A DNA stretch of 64,000 bases from assembly GCF_006345805.1 (NCBI RefSeq), contig NC_042997.1, positions 169,632,001-169,696,000 on the forward strand, written 5' to 3'. A program made the position numbers and the translations under genes. The stretch's first letter is position 1. Each line of letters opens with the position of its first letter. Shown in pieces: positions 13,085-27,750 of this stretch. The notes beneath the pieces are model-generated. The model had not been told where the DNA came from, ran no database searches, and saw nothing but the letters and a program-made list of their open reading frames with translations. Origin of the DNA: Octopus sinensis. Taxonomy: Eukaryota.

Positions 13085-14551
13085 TACATGTATTATTAGC
13101 AGATGTAAAATATTTTTGTTTACTCTGTATTGAAGTGTATCTGCAATTAACACCTCAAAACAATCTTTGATCAAAACAAACTTTATAGCTGACACTAAAA
13201 TTGACCATAAAAAGAAAACCGATACACTATAAATTTTACTAGGCAACATCTGGGTAGTAATGATGTGATCAAATTTAATGTTATGAACATATGCAGTGTT
13301 CTTTTCATGGATTATAGAATTACAACCGTGGAGAATTAAGGATATAAAAAAAAAGTAACTTGGCAAAAATAATTGTTTGAAGACACTGAGCTAAATGTAC
13401 TGATGCTCATGGAAGTTATAGCTATTTTGGCGTAAGAAATACAGAGAGCATCAAATTTCTATGTACTATGACATCTATGAATAAATTCATCATCTAACAA
13501 TAACTGTATGCAATTCCTAGTTGAAGCATTTCACTTATGCCTTCTACCTGCCATTTACAACTCTGCTCACTTACTCTGGCAAACTGAATGAAATGGAAGC
13601 TTTCAGAAGTGACTTTGCCAAATCATTAAAGATAACAAAATAAATAGATTAGAACAATGGCTTGAGAAAATAAGTCAACCAACTGATTATCATTTAGTTA
13701 TGTATTGTTGAGAGAGAGAGAGATAGTTCTGAAACTGTCTAACTTCAGAAAAGTGTACTGTCTACCAACAGAGTTCAAGATAAAAGCAAGTGCTTAGATT
13801 GGCAGGAAGACAAGGCAACTAGTTATTTTCAAAAAGCAATTAGGAGTTACTGCATTTATTCTTGTATAAGTTGCACCCCTAATTTAGTCTTAAATCTTTG
13901 TATGAAACAATTTTGCTTCGTAGTTTTAGCTTTGCCCAATGTATAACTTGTCCCTTGAGGGTTTTTTTTAGTTAAAATCGAGTATGAAATAGTGTGACTT
14001 ATACACAAATACTGTGTATGGTTGAAACAAAAGTCGAAGTCAAGCAGTAGGCAGCATGTTAATGGTATAGCACAACAAATAAGACTAAGTCTGATGTACA
14101 TTAGTGATGCTAACAAATGACTTGGACTAAGTATCAAAACTGAGGCATAACCTCAGCGTATCAGGGCAATAATATTAATGAAGGGTTGATATAACTGAGT
14201 TAAAAGAAGTCAGTGTTTCTCTGGAAAATATATTTAGAAATATTTTGTGAAAGTCACACAAAATGCCCAACTTTTTACTGATTTAGTTTAGTTTAAACCA
14301 TTTCCACAATAAAGGAAGCAAACTTATCCTCAAATGGAATATAAACTACCATAATGTTCTTTTTATATTGATAAAAATCTCATTGGGAAAGGGAAATAAC
14401 ATGTAATGCTCATATAAATATATATACATCATGGTTTCCCTTTATTATATGTAATAGCTGTAATGTTATCTGATCAACAGGAGATATGTAGTTTGACTCT
14501 CAGTTGGGACTATGCCAAGTTAGGCAATGATACATGATGAAAATATGTTTT

Positions 14552-14582
<31 letters not shown>

Positions 14583-15108
14583 TGGGGGAAGTATTTTCCA
14601 TTGAATTGACATGCAAAGATTTGTCCAGCTTTGGAAACCATCCAAGTAGAATAGAGAGGTGGTACAAAATCTTGATGAAAGCGCTGAAGGCAGATGATAG
14701 GATAGGAATATTTGTAATTGTGGAAGAGGTTCAAAGATGGGCACATGGTATCACATTTCTAATAAATGTAATGTCCTAAGAATGTTCAGATATGTTCAGA
14801 AGATAGCAATGAGTGTTTAGTGACTACTACCTGGTTATTCATGATGAATGATCTTCGGTTTGATAAGTGACAGTTTGGAAAAGCTTTTGAAAAGATAATA
14901 TCTCTTCTAGCAGGTTAGAGGAATATGTCAATAATTGGAGAAAATTAGAATGTTAGACCCATGAAATATATTTAAGCTATAGAGTGAGATGAATTACTTT
15001 AGAAGTTTGGAAGCAAATACATAGCTATTGATCTGTAAATTAATTGGTGAGTTAGCTTCTAGATTACGTATCATTATTTTTTTGTTTATATGAATGTTGT
15101 ATTGTTTA

Positions 15109-15151
<43 letters not shown>

Positions 15152-18100
15152 TTAGTTTTTTTACTAAAATGAATGAAATATTTTTTGTTGAATATATGAT
15201 AATAGTAAGTCAATAATTGACAGTAGTGACAGGTATGCACACATTTATACATGCCATTCATAAATTATCTCAAACAGAGGTACAATTCATATGTGTTGTC
15301 TGTTTCAATCTACAAAGCTCCTAAAACTAAACTTCTAACCATTTTCTAATCCCAAATCAGAACCTTGATTCCTATTATAATTATATTCTAATATCACTGT
15401 TATTCTCATATAATCTCTTTGCTTACATACAATTCAAAATCATTACACCTTTAATTGTCTAAACTCCTGATAAACATTTCTGAGAAACTGTAGTTATCCA
15501 GAATAAACAGTCCATTTTGCTTCTTAGTGGTATAAAACTGCTGAACAACAAACCACATGTAATGTGCCCCAATTCCCACAATTTCTCCCTCATATACAAC
15601 CATAAAAACCCAAACCCAAATAACATAATGACTTCTGCATCATAATTGAACATAAAACTGAAATATGGTGCATTTTGATTCCTTTGAGTTAGGAATCATT
15701 CAGCTTCTTCCACTCAATTTTTTTTTACATCACTGCTGTATATCTTCTTGAGCATAGCTAACTGGAACTAATTGAAAACATGAACACTGTTGAAAATTGA
15801 TGGAATAATGTCACCTGTCTCCAAAATGATAAAACTATGGAAATGTTCAACTTATTTAAAACGGCAACATCTGTATCAAAATTGAAAGACTTAAAATTCA
15901 TTAAAAATGGAAAGAAATTGATGTAAAGAGTGAAACAAAATGTTATATTTCATGCTATTTACAAGAAAAAGAAAACCAACAAAAACATATGGATAACAAA
16001 GAAGTGAAAGCTGATTGTGTAATTGTTGATTAATAATAATAATTCTTAAGTTAATATTCTTTTCTATTGAATGTGATTTTATATTATGAGAGAGTCTGTA
16101 TACATTCAGTCAATTTATTAGTGATATCAACCAAATCTTCCTCAAATTGTGCCCTACTATGTTGAAAAAAGAAAGACATTGCATAATGTCATCCTTTTTA
16201 TACAAAAAGACATGATGGTCATGGTTGGAACATCTTGGGATGATTTTGGACTGAACAATAACAACTTCAATTATAGTACTTATAGGATATCAAATTATGC
16301 TGAAAAATCTTATCAAAGAAAGTCAGTGTGTTGATGAAAACAGCATGCCTGCCTGTGATATGGTGAAGACAATTTTATCTTAGCTCTCTTCAGAAGGTAG
16401 TTTCTAATGGTATCAATGGAAGAAAATTACTGTCATTTGGCTGATGTAGATACTTTACTTCCAAAATGTACTCTTGTAACAATTGGTTGGTTTAACAAAA
16501 TATTTTGTCGGATGGCAACAATTGATATCTCTGTGCTGAAGTGTCTTATGCCATTGTCTGACAAGTTGCCTCCATTCACTATTTATCACTGAGAATTTTT
16601 CTACCTGTATTATTAATTGAAAATAGCTACATACTTTCTCTTCCTGATAAAAGTAACCTCATGCATTGTTCTTAATGTGCCATTTTTGACAGAGTTCAAC
16701 AAGTAAGTTAAAAATAAAAGTGGCAGCAAAAGATATTGTAAAATATAAGATGGACATAAATCTCAGATTCCCAACATTAAAAAAAAAAAAAGGAAAGAAA
16801 AAAATAAAACTGTCAAATGGCATCTTTGTATTGACCACTAAACTGGAAAATTGCCTGTCCCTTGATATCAGAAGTGTTGACACAAATACATAGAATCACA
16901 TTTTCAATTCTTTATTGTCAAGAAGACTATACATCAATTCCTTCAGTTACAAAAGATCAGCTTTGGAGACAGATGGATAATTCACAGCTCATAGTGATTT
17001 GAAGGTATTCTAGGTTTTAGAAACTTATGAAACAAACTATTAATTATTTATTGAGAAATGTTCATAAATTTTACTGCTGTCATAGTTTGTAAAAAGAATG
17101 ATGAAGAACATACAAATCTACAAAGGTTTTATGGAGCACATTGCAGGAGTGATATTTTAATTTTAACCAAACTGCATTTTCATTTTTTGATCTCACTGTT
17201 GCAAATTGGAAATGTTACCTGATAATAAACATTTAGCTCCTCTAATAGACTTTCTTGCACCAGATTGTATGGAAAATTGAAATGCTTCAATGGTCTTAGA
17301 GTTTATTGTTTAAAACATCCATTAAATCACTTCCCATTTTTTTAAAAAAAGACATTTTAAGGTTCTGTCATTCCAAAGGATTGTCTATTAATACTTGATG
17401 TTTTAAGTATTGTTAATATGGTTTTGACTTAAGATAAACAGCAAGTATCATTTTTTTCCCTACAAGTTGAATTCAATTGAGACTAAGCGGCCAGCCATGA
17501 ATGTGAAGCTTTTGTAACTGTCTCTGCTATTAATTATTTTCACATTTTTTTCTAAATTGTTATTTCGAATTGGTTATTGATCAACAAGAAATTGCATAGC
17601 TTTCGGCTCTTGTCCCAAATCAAAACGAAAAAAAAACTGTCAAAATTACTTATTGGTAAATTAAAAGAAGTTTGGTTTTAATTGTATACCTTGCAGGTAA
17701 ATCTGAAACAAATAAAGATGTACTTTTCTAGTCTAAACAAATATTGATTTTTATGTCCCAGAAAGTGGAATTGGATTCTCAAATACATGACACTTTTCAT
17801 TACTTGGGGTTTCTTGATGTAATGTATTGCTTTGGAAGCTGTTTCTATTTTGTTATCATCAGTTCAATTGCACAGTTCCTATTTTCATCACCTTGCCAAT
17901 TCTCACTACTATTGTGTCAATTAAACATCTCATGCATCTTTCAAAGTATATGGATCACTGGATGGATGTATTTCATTGTGACATAAACTCTCACTTTGAA
18001 TGTATATAATTTCTATAATTTTAAAAACCTTGGAATATGTCAACATCAAGAACTATCCCTTATCATTGAAGTGCTATGGCCAATATGAGAAAAATCAATA

Positions 18101-19429
18101 AATTGGTGTACAAAACCATTTAATTAAAATTAAAAGAGAATTGTAAGCAAAGAAAAAAATTCCAACAAAATTATCATTTGTATTGATGAAAGTTAGTTAA
18201 TTTCTTTCACATATACTCTGTCAAAATCTAATTCCATGTTCCTTTCCTTTCAACAACAGTTAATGTTGGATAATATTCAGTAGTTTATCTAATAATGAAA
18301 GTTTGTTTTCTTGATTGGATTTATAACAGCAGCAACAACAACAGCAACTACAAAAAAGTATCATTATTCATTTAATTTTCCTGAAACAGGTAGCCTTATC
18401 ATTTAGAAGTATAGCTATTAATTGAAAGTATGTTATTTAAAACATATTTTGCCACCAAATCTAAGTGAAGTTATATTTCCAAAAATTACTTTGAATAGAA
18501 ACTCATTCATGCTGCCTTTTCTGTTATCCTCCAACAAATGCTACTTCTACACAACAACTCAAATGTGAAGCCTCTACATGGTTACTTGATCTACTAATAA
18601 CAGGCAAATTTGCCTCAAAAGTGTGATTGTAACAACTGGAATACTTTTGTTCATAGGTCTACTCTATCAAGACTGACATGTTGCTAAACAACTACAATAC
18701 CACCTTCTACACAACTTGTTATGAAACCAAAGCCATTGATTATCATGTTTCTCCCCTATGCTCTTTTAATACACATGATAGTCAATTCTTTAGCAGAACC
18801 TTACAGTTTCATTAACCAGTTAGAAATTTCAAGGCCATAGATGTTGAGTGAGATCTGTCAGCTTTTTGACTGCATCAGGAACTAATTTTGATGACTTAAG
18901 TTTCAAAATAGTAATATGAACTAATTAGAATGAGGAAGACTAGTAATTTTGATTAACATTAACAAATTATTTTCATTTAAAGATTTTTTGTTTAGTATTG
19001 ATTTTGTTTTTCATATTGTGCTGATTTCCTATTTTGTTGCTTTCTGTAGTGTTGAACTGAAATTAGGCTGGTCATTGAATTTCTCTTTCATATTTAAATG
19101 TTGTTGGGCTATTATTTCTCTGTTTGCTTGATGACATGGAATTCTCATGAAAAACAATACGGTTATATGTGAGCTAACCAAAACAATGTTTCTGAATGTA
19201 TGTCTTCATTAGCTTTTATTAGAAAAATTTCACCCAACATTCCTTTAAAATTTTTATTGTATAATAAGAAAAGATCTGTAATGCCAGTGAGTCAGAATCA
19301 ATTTAAAACACCCAAGAAAATAAGTATCTACTTAGAATTACTATTGCTTAGCCACAACTCAATCTTGAATGAGTAGTCTTATATAACTTAGTTTCTAAGT
19401 GCAAGCAACAGACTCATTATTCCAGTTAT

Positions 19430-22400
19430 TCCATGCTTCTGCTTAATTGAAAATTATTCTATCAATTTCAACATGTAATGGTTTGTCTTATAGTTTGCAG
19501 TGTAAAGGTCTGGGTATGTTGCTTTTTTTACCCACTGTTTGTGTATGCCTTTGGATTCCAGTATTACTAGAGTAAAGATGAATTAGGTAAACTTAACTAG
19601 AGCATCATAGTTATTCTTCCGCCTATCATTCATTGAGAGTGTGTTTTTGTCTATTGAAGGTATTAATACTATTGCTAGTATTCTATGTACACACATTTCA
19701 TGTTTTTCTGGACTGAAAGTGAGAAATAGTGTTTTTAGGATGGTGGTATTGCAGTAATGTTGTGGAGTGCTTTGGTGTGTGTGTGTGTGTGTGTGGTGGT
19801 GTTGGGGGGGGGTACCTATAATGGCAAGGATGTAAGAGTTGGAGTTTGCTCCATCATTAAGCTGTGCTCCTCACATGTCCAGCATCTTGCATCAGTATTC
19901 TACAGGTGCTTATGTGTAGCTTGGGCTAAAGGGAAGTGTATTATTTTGTCTTCTTTGTAGTTTGTGGTGATATTAGGGATCTAGGTAGGACTGGAATAGT
20001 TTAAATGCATTTGATGTACTGCTTGTAGACAAGAATAGGTTGAATGCATTGTCTGTGTGTGGTCTTTTGTACATTGTTTTGTTTTCTGTATGTGTTGAAT
20101 GTGATCCTATGTTATATTTTTTTAATCTTCTGTCTATGTGATAGATTTATATTGTTGAGTGTGATGGTTGACTGTATCCAATGATTTTAGGTATTTCTAG
20201 TAAAAAGAGAGATAGTTATTGTGTGTGTAGGGTAAGCTCTGATAGCTGAAAGATGACATGCAACCTACAAATTTATTGTTTTTATATACCCTTCTTCAGT
20301 CTAGCTGAGGATCACCACTGCATATATTTATATACAGTGATGATTCATATAGAATACAGTGTGACAGCTGGAGCTTATATTCTCTCTACTATCCCCTCTA
20401 CTTCTGGGTAGCTGTAGATTCTGGTAAAGGCTGTGGTGGAGACAAGCAAGGTACACAGTCAGGACACAACAGTTACAGTTTCTCTGCTCATTTGTTGCAG
20501 TGCTTGGGAGTAATGAGTCCACAGGAATTTGTGTGTGTGTTTTTGTATGATTTTCCGGGCTGAGTTGACAGATTTTAGTGTTTTGGGAAGCTTTGTGTGT
20601 GTATAATTTTATTTAGTCACTGGTTGGAATTTGCAGTGGTAATAAACTGTACTTGCAACCAGGTACACTTTCATTTTTTCATATTTTTGTTACATTGCAG
20701 AGATGGTCTGTGAATGTGGCCTGTACACAACATGTGATAATGCAATGTCTTGTTTTGAATTCCTTGTAGTTTGTTACAAGGGAACCTGGGCTATGCTAGT
20801 ACAATTCCTGATAGAACTGATGTATTCTTTGTACACCTTTGTTGTTTCTTTTTGTTGGTTATGTATGGTACCTGTGAGTGCTCTGATTGTATCCTGTGTT
20901 GCCATCTGTGAATGTTGTAGAGGTATTGTGTACTACTCCTAGCATGTTTTCTGAGTTTATGGTATGTTTATATTGTTGACTGGTATAAGTGTTTGCATTT
21001 GATGTTCACTAATATTGTTGGTAAGAAAGGGTATAGTGAATTTCATTGATATTTGAAGTTTGTTGTTTTGGATAAGAGCTTTTTGGTACTTGATGCAGGG
21101 TTGGTGGAGTTATGCACCTGGCTCTGAAGTATAGTAGATATATACGAGTGTGATGACATCTGTGTATAAGGCTGTGTTCATGTTTTGAGCGAAAATGGGA
21201 AGGTTGGGTTTGTGTAGGTTGAAAAGCATAAGAGGGCCTGTTAAAAAATTACAAATTTGAGAATGGTTTGTTTTTGTGCATTACATATACTTGTTGACAA
21301 GTAGTTTCCTAGCTCACATTTTGAGTTGTTTCACAAGGACTTAGTGAGGATTTTGTGTATAAGTGGATTGTGGAGAATGGATTTCAAAGTTTTGCTAATG
21401 TCAATGATGATTAGAAGTGTGTGTGTGCAATGTTTATTGTTGAAGTTCTTATGCATCATCTGTATTTTAGAGATGAGGAATTCTGTACATTATTTACATT
21501 ATTTACATTGGATGAATATGTGTACTCATCTTGTTTGTTGTTACCACGTTTTGCTCTTATGTATCTTTTGTATTAGGTTTGTAGTAGAGTGATGATTGAG
21601 TGTAGTGGTATGAATCTGTGATGTAATATGGAAGATATGTTTGTTAATGTAAAAGATGAGTCTTTCTGAAATTTTTAAGAGTATCAGAGGGTGATGGGTT
21701 TGTGCATTGTCACTTCTTTTGAGTTTTATATTGGGTTTGAAAATTGCTACCCAGATTTTAGTTTCTGTGAATTTGTCAGTGTTTATATGAGAGGTTAAGG
21801 ATATTAGTGAGTGTAGCGATTCCTGTAGGTCATAGGTATTTTAGGTGTAGATTTCCGATTTTGTTAAACCTTTTGAAGTGTCAAATAGAAAGAAGGGGTT
21901 AAAAATCATGATTAAGGTGGAATGTGTCTGTTTTGCATTTTGTGTTGTTTTGTTTGGTTTCTAGTGGCTGATTTTTGAGAAACCTTTAATGGTTTTGAGG
22001 ATGAAAGGGAAAAAGAAAGTGTAAAACTGTGTTTGAGCAACAGCGAGGAAATATGACTATGATGTTATTAGTGTATGAGATTGTTTGTTTTTGTTCTAAC
22101 CATCATCAACATTAGCAAAACTTTGCAATCCATTCCCCATAATCCACTTATACACAAAATCCTCAGTAAATCCTTGTGAAATAACTCAAAATGCAAGCTA
22201 AGAAACCACTTATCAACAAGTATATGTCATCATCATCATCATTTAGCATCTGCTTTCCATGCTGGCATGGGTCAGACAGTTTGACTGGAACCTGGTAAGC
22301 TGGAGAAGTGCACCAGGTTCTAATCTGATTCAGCATGGTTTCTATGGCTGGATGCCCTTCCTAATGCCAACCACTCCAAGAGTGTAATGGGTGCTTTTTA

Positions 22401-23600
22401 CATGCCACCAGCACAGGTGCTATTTATATGACACCAGCATTGGCCACAACTATGATTTTGCTTGGTTTGACAAATCTTCTCAAGCACAGCATATTGCCAA
22501 AGGTCTCAGTCACTTATCACCTCCTTGAGGCCTAATATTTAAAGGGTGTGTTTTACATACCACCAACACAGGTGCCTGTTATGTGACATTGACATCGACC
22601 TTGACTACAGTTTCACTTGGCTTGACAAGTCTTCTCAAGCACAACATATCAAAGGTTTTGGTCACTTGTCATTGCCTCTCTGAGGCCCAATGTTTGAAGA
22701 TCATGCTTCACCATCTCATCCCATGACTTCCTGGGTCTATCTTTCCCATCCTTCCCATATCCACTCAAAACATGCACACAGCCTTATACACAGATGCTGT
22801 CACACTCATATATTCCTACCATACTTCTCCTACTATACTTCAGAGGCTGGTGCACAACTCCACCAACCCTGCATCAACTACCAAAAAGCTTATGTCCAAA
22901 ACTTCAAATGATATCAACGAAATTCACTACATCCTTTCTTAACAATAATATTAGAGAACATCAAATGCAAACATTTATAGTAGTCAGCAATATAAACAGT
23001 ATGAAGCTGTGTTCCAGCAACAGTGAGGAGACATGACTATGATGTTATTAGGGTATGAGGTTGTTAGTTTTGTGGTGATATTGTTGTTATGTGTGATGCA
23101 TAGGAGGATTATTCAGACATAAGTTTAAAAGAATGGGCATAAGGACAGATTTTTGTAGTATCCTATTCAGGAAACTACAAATGGCTTGATAACATGATAG
23201 TGACAGCTTGCTAGTTAAAGTTTTGTAGTGTTTTTTAAAGAGGCATTTAGTTGGCCATGAGAAAGGGAGGAGTCGAGCAAGTGATTTATAAATGTCGGTG
23301 GTAATCAGATGGTGCATGTAAAGATCTTTTTGTTGTTAAAGCCATTATGTATTTTTTTATGTACAGTTTTTAAGTAGCTGTGTGCTTCACTGTAACAGTC
23401 TGAATTGATTGTGTAAGAAAGAGGACTGTATGCATTCTGATGTCAAAGTTATGACAGTGAGTCTTTTAAGGTGTGCAAAGCTAAATGGTCTGTGTGATAC
23501 TGTTTCAGTTGGATATTTGTGGAGTTTTAGAATCGTTTTCTACCTGACTAATTTCTATATTTTAAGGATTTAGCAATTCTGGCATCAGTATGACTGAATA
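19430..23600 (-). mobile_element. Old, rearranged retroelement-like segment, possibly a PLE
   Basis: G/T-rich + strand bias like the intact PLE and a short remnant PKIIGYSQP. No intact RT motif could be read and boundaries are approximate. Confidence 0.3.
22227..22745 (-). mobile_element. RTE 3' fragment
   Basis: (CAT)n, the RTE 3' UTR and a remnant of the C-terminal coding region. Confidence 0.75.
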
Positions 23601-24229
23601 TGTTGGTAAGTGCAATGATTTTGTCAGACTATGATAGGTCTTCAGTTTTTGTATTTCTCTATTTATATATTTCTAAAATAATAAAAAAAAACATTATTCA
23701 TGTTTATACAAGGACATTAAATATAATGTGAGGACAAGCATTACAATTATAATTGCACCAACATTTAGTGAGATGTGGGTTTAAGTTTCATTGTTATTTG
23801 TACTTTTATCTCCTCCTCAACCCCTACTAACCGCATTTTTTTTTTTTTTTTTTGCAATTATCAATTATAAGAAAATTCAACCTTTTAATTCTTTCTATAA
23901 AATATATTCAGAATACAAAAAATTGTTTCTTAATCTGGCACTAGCATATCTTTATTGGGAGTATTTAATAAACATTGTTTGAGGCTGTTGTATTGAAATA
24001 AATTTCAGTATAAATTACTTCTGCAAAATAATTTAGCTTTCAGTTTGGCTTACCATTGTGTCAATGCCATCAGTATCATTTACCACAAGTTCATTGATAT
24101 ATTGTATACAATATCAGACCTAGCCAACAACCACCTATGAAGGTATTCAAAAACTACACTTAAAAAAAAAACCCACATACAGACCTTTCACTCTTCTATG
24201 TGTAGCCTAAAAGAATCATGAACAATTTA

Positions 24230-24448
24230 TCTTTAACATTTAATTCTGTCATTTCTGGCCCAAGTATTTTACCTGTTTTATGTTAAAATGGACTGGATAC
24301 AACCTCTCACACCTACCCTGCAATATCATTCTAAAAATATCAGAATACAATATTGAAATCTTGAAACTACAAAATAATGTATGATAAATTTAAAACAATA
24401 TGAATATATAAGCAATACATTTGACAAAGATATCTGAATGCTAAAGAG
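24230..24448. mobile_element. piggyBac-like MITE (decayed copy)
   Basis: Homologous to 37310-37528 in opposite orientation; ends ...ctgaatgctaaagag. Confidence 0.55.
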
Positions 24449-26132
24449 TTGTTCTCACCAGAAATCACATTTCTCTTTCTGACACTTGGCTTACACCGTT
24501 TACTGTTTACAAACCATACACAAAGATTACATGATAACTTTAACAACGAAAAGAAACCTGCATGTGCTGTTTGACAAGATTGTTTAGTAACATTACTATC
24601 TTCAACAAATTTGTTATATTATATTTGAGTGCATAACTTTCATCAGTTACAAACTAATAAAAAAAAAACAAAAGAAAGAAAAACAAAAGCAATGACAGTC
24701 TAAATTTCAATTAAGTCATGTCTAACAAATTGCTCAAATTAAGTAATTTCTAACATATTGTTCATGAAAACTATTTTTGGATTACTTAAAAACAAAGATT
24801 GTATGACATATATGTGCAATATATTGAACAAATCATCCATTATACTTGTGATATGTCTGCAATCAACAATAGCAGCAGACTGAAATTTTCCAACAAACAA
24901 TGATTGCAAATGGAATCTACACTATATATATATTTAAATTGAAAAGAAGATCACCAAATATAATACAATGGTGGAAATACTTTTTACATCAGACGGCCCT
25001 TTGGATTTTACTCTCAAATAAGGTTAGTATATACTTTTTTTTTCTCTTAATGTCATTGTTTACATGTTATGTCTAAGTTTGATACAAAACAGTAGTTATA
25101 CATTTTATATTGATACTTTCAAATTGATTTTGCATCTTTCTGTATAAATCGGCAGTTCTGAATATAAATCAGCAGTTATAAAATTGTATTATAAAAACAA
25201 AACTGTATAAATCAGCAATTCATTACTTTTAGCTGTTTGCTTATTTTCATTGGCTTTTATTATTTTTTATTTATTTATCATTGTTAGTAGAATTTCAAAA
25301 GTTTCTAAAGTTAATAATACATATTTATACAAATAGGTATATAGCAATTCAACGACTTTCTGATATTGCTGACTATTGCAATCAGTAGTTCAACTTACAT
25401 TAAACCAAGCTATATTTTGTTTGATATATCTTAAACATCAATTTGAAATCCAAATTTTGTATTTTGTATAACTAATATTGTTTTGCTTTTTACAATATTT
25501 CAAAATAATGTGATTTGAATTAATTTTATTGCGTATATTTTAGTACTTGGTGCTATATCTTTTTGGCACTGTAAATTTTTTCAGTTTTCTTAAACAACAA
25601 ATTTTTACATTTCAGAGATTTTAAATATAACTATTTTTTAAATATTTATTTTATTTGTGTAAAATGGTATTGCTAGGTGTTTAAGAACTTTACTTCACCC
25701 AATCTGTTGCATTTTAGGTATAAATGCGTTAAAGAGTAACTTACTGAATGTTGTATACAAACAATTCTTTATTGATTAAAATTTCCCTCCTAGTTGGAGA
25801 AAGAAAACAAAAGGCCTTGCGGTAATGGCTTGTAACTATCAAAGAAAAGGAGAAAATAAATTGAAAGAAGTGAAGAATTAAATCTTACACAGTTAATTGT
25901 TATGTTTAGGGGGAAGAAAGCTTGGTCTTTACTTGCAAGCAACTAACAACAATGAGCATATGTTTTGGTCTATTGAACATCATCAGCTTGTTTTTTTCTA
26001 GTCAAGCCTGGTTGGGTAGTTGACAAAAAATTACTAATAATTACTGGCCAGTATAATTTGCATAATTTAAAAAATTCAACCCAAGCCATAGGTTGACCAA
26101 TGTTTGGGACTGAAATTTGCAGAATCTCAAGA

Positions 26133-26790
26133 CATCATCATCATCATCATTTAACGTCCATTGTCCATGCTGGCATCAGTTGGACAGTTTGACATGGTTT
26201 TCTACAGCTGAATGCCCTTCCTAACGCCAACCACTCCAAGAGAGTGTAATAGGTGTTTTTACATGCCAATGGCATGAGTGCCATTTGCATGACACTGGTA
26301 TCTGCCAAAACTGCAATTTTGCTCAGCTTGATGGGTCTTCTTCTTAAGTACAACATAATGCCAAAGGTCTTGGTCACTGCCTCTGTAAGGCCCAACACTT
26401 GAAAGGAACTTGGCCACTTTTCTCCCATGGGTCCCAATGCTCGAAAGGAACTCAGCCACCTTGCTTCTGTGAGGCCCAACATTTGAAAGGAACTCAGCCA
26501 CTTGCCTCCATGAAGCCCAATGCTCAAAGGAACACAGCCACCTTGTCTCCATGAGGCCCAATGTTCCAAAGGATCTCAGCCACTTGCTTCCACCATCATT
26601 CAATGTCTGTTTTCCATACTGGCATGGGTTAGACAGTTTCACAGGATCTGGTGAGCCACAGAACTGCATTGAGTTCCAGGGTCAGCTTTGACATAATTCC
26701 TTCAACTGGATGCTTTTCCTAACACCAACCACTTTACAGTGTGTACGGGGCCCTTTTTTTCTTGTTTTGCATTACAGGCACCAGTGAGGT
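26133..26790 (-). mobile_element. Two RTE 3' tails with an internal 41-42 bp tandem array
   Basis: (CAT)n start, RTE UTR consensus and five repeat units at 26381-26592. Confidence 0.7.
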
Positions 26791-26859
26791 TGCCAAGTAA
26801 CTTATAAGACAGAAAAAAGAACAGAGAAAAAGCCTGCATGATTGGGAAGGTTGTTATAT

Positions 26860-27236
26860 ATTCTTTTACATGTTTCAGTCATTTGACTACAACCATGCTG
26901 GAGCACCACCTTTAGTCAAACAAATCGATCCCAGGACTTATTCTTTGTAAGCCTAATACTTATTCTATCGGTCCTTTTTGCCAAACCACTAAGTTACAGG
27001 GACTTAAACACATCAACATCGGTTGTCAAGTGATAGTGAGGAGACGAACACAGACACACAAACATATATATATGACAGGCTTCTTTCAGTTTCCACCTAC
27101 CAAATCCACTCACAAGGCTTTGGTTGGCCTGAGGCTATAGTAGAAGACACTTGCCCAAGATGCCATACAGTGGAACTGAACCTGGAACCATGTGGTTGGG
27201 AAGCAAGCTACTTACCACACAGCCACTCCTGCACCT
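26860..27236 (-). mobile_element. Full-length CORE-type tRNA SINE
   Basis: Head to (GAGTAAAA)-type tail, colinear with 36610-37007. Confidence 0.8.
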
Positions 27237-27434
27237 ATAAAATATATATATTTTCCCCTTACTCTTCCCTCTCTCTTTTTCTTTATTCCTATTATTTTTT
27301 CCCTTAAAAAATTTAGACACCCACTTCCATATGTTATTTCTTCATAAATATGTTTTCCCTTTTGTTCTTTCACTCTGTGCATTCTGTAATTATGCATGTG
27401 TGTTTATATATGTGGGTGTGCTTATGTGTGTATT

Positions 27435-27600
27435 GTGCAGGAATGGCTGTGTTTAAGACGTTCACTTCTCAAGTATGTGATTTTGGGTTCAATTTCATTG
27501 CATGGCACCTAGAGGCAAGTGTCTTCTGTTATAGTTCCAGGTTGGTCAAAACTTTGTGAATGGATTTGGTAGTCAGAAACTGAAAGGAGCCTGTCATGTG
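27435..27600 (+). mobile_element. CORE-type SINE head (decayed)
   Basis: ggctgtgt...gggttcaatttcattgcatggcacctagaggcaagtgtcttc. Confidence 0.6.
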
Positions 27601-27631
27601 TGTGTGTGCGCGCGTGCATGTGTGTGCATGC

Positions 27632-27750
27632 ATAAACAAAGGCCCACTCACCAAAATGCCCATGTTGCATATTTCCAGTTCCTCTTCTACTACATGGTTC
27701 TTTTTCTTTACACTAGACACGGACATTTTGGTGAGTGGGCCTTTGTTTAT
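27632..27750. repeat. 119-bp MITE-like hairpin with 30-bp inverted repeats
   Basis: ataaacaaaggcccactcaccaaaatgccc (27632-27661) versus ggacattttggtgagtgggcctttgtttat (27721-27750): 1 mismatch, 59-nt loop. Confidence 0.85.

Noticed and set aside
20285-20315. CTGAAGA on the minus strand as a hammerhead core
   Set aside because: No stem II partner or GAAAC downstream.
26381-26592. CRISPR-like regular repeats
   Set aside because: Units are contiguous with no unique spacers, the context is eukaryotic, and there are no cas genes.
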